DNA of 64,000 nucleotides from Minisyncoccales bacterium (GTDB lineage Bacteria; Patescibacteriota; Minisyncoccia; Minisyncoccales; JAGMDC01): NCBI GenBank assembly GCA_049642725.1, contig JBARPC010000027.1, positions 1,010 to 65,009 of the forward strand, read 5' to 3'. Shown piece by piece: positions 63,566 to 64,000 of this stretch (position 1 is its first letter; each line of letters starts with the position of its first letter). The notes under the pieces were generated by a model. It saw only the letters and a program-made list of their open reading frames with translations, ran no database searches and was not told where the DNA came from. The position numbers and the translations under genes were made by a program.

Positions 63566-64000
63566 ATGGATATTCAAAATATAGATTTTCAAACTATTAT
63601 TCAGAGTATAATGCCTTGGTTTTTTTCTCATGGTTTAAAGATTGTTGTAATTTTGGTCATTGCTTCCATTGTGATTCGCTTTGGCAAAATTTTTATTGAA
63701 AAGGCGATTAGAAAATTAATTAAGCCGGAACAGGTATCTAAAGACCCTGGCGCAGAAAAGAAAAGAGAAGATACTTTGATTAAAATTTTTAACAGCACCT
63801 TTAATGTAATTATTTGGGCTATTGCTCTTTTAATAATTCTGCCGGAATTTGGCATAGATATCAGCGGCATATTCCTTGGCGCTGGAATTATTGGGGTAGC
63901 TGTTGGTTTTGGCGCCCAGTATATGATTAGAGATTTTTTAGCAGGACTCTTTATTATGCTGGAGAATCAGTATAGAGTAGGAGATGTAATACAAGTCGCT
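63566..64000 (+). CDS. Small-conductance mechanosensitive channel (MscS family), 3'-truncated by window edge
   Basis: ATG at 63566, open to the window end. TM helices followed by GAGIIGVAVGFGAQYMIRDFLAGLFIMLENQYRVGD, the MscS pore-helix signature. The antisense ORF 63628..63870 is spurious. Confidence 0.85.
   Translation, partial: MDIQNIDFQTIIQSIMPWFFSHGLKIVVILVIASIVIRFGKIFIEKAIRKLIKPEQVSKDPGAEKKREDTLIKIFNSTFNVIIWAIALLIILPEFGIDISGIFLGAGIIGVAVGFGAQYMIRDFLAGLFIMLENQYRVGDVIQVA

Noticed and set aside
63628-63870. 80-aa minus-strand ORF from the track.
   Set aside because: It lies antisense to a clear MscS-family channel gene (63566 to the window end), which is absent from the track only because it lacks a stop codon within the window.

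Overview
AT-rich, gene-dense bacterial chromosomal segment with about 70 protein genes and 9 tRNAs. I found no rRNA, no CRISPR array and no recognisable transposase or integrase. The standard genetic code applies, with TGA, TAA and TAG all used as stops.

Housekeeping content: ligA, a SEDS protein, gyrA, tsaD, recG, rplS, ftsH, an S1-like protein, rpoB, rpoC, ftsK, recA, rpsF-ssb-rpsR, rnj, secG and groES/groEL. These genes, the tandem small VirB2/TrbC-type pilin genes and the many secreted or membrane hypothetical proteins fit best with a Candidate Phyla Radiation / Patescibacteria-type genome. That placement is inference only.

Accessory content:
- a type II restriction-modification pair
- two toxin-antitoxin pairs (AbrB/PIN and Panacea-domain/RelE-like)
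- a mannose/mannosylglycerate-type cluster (MPGP-like HAD phosphatase, GH38, cupin PMI)
- an envelope cluster (PIG-V-like glycosyltransferase, two C39-like peptidases, a Kelch+LVIVD surface protein, an L,D-transpeptidase fused to a D,D-carboxypeptidase)
- a visibly higher-GC ArsR/thioredoxin/permease/CcdA-like thiol-redox island bracketed by tRNA-Ser genes

Most unusual signals:
1. A family of GC-rich, often nested palindromic mini-elements sits in frame inside essential genes (ligA, gyrA, hsp20, recG, rpoC, recA). An identical 25-mer in rpoC and recA encodes NPPAGGEK in both. Related GC-rich cores closed by long AT-rich stems occupy intergenic spacers, including the groES-groEL spacer.
2. Short tandem arrays of A/T-rich heptamers are embedded in coding sequence (ligA, tsaD twice, rpoC) and in spacers.
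3. A ~120-bp repeat is shared by the rpoB-rpoC and ssb-rpsR spacers in the same transcriptional orientation.
4. One VirB2-like pilin paralogue carries a ~270-aa domain with about 40 cysteines.
5. A cupin-type phosphoglucose isomerase homologue has all three metal-binding histidines replaced.
6. There is a tRNA-Ile with a UAU anticodon and a tRNA-Val with C at position 33.
7. An in-frame TAG splits a C39-like peptidase gene whose downstream part is still intact.

All calls rest on reading the sequence and ORF translations by eye. No database search was run.
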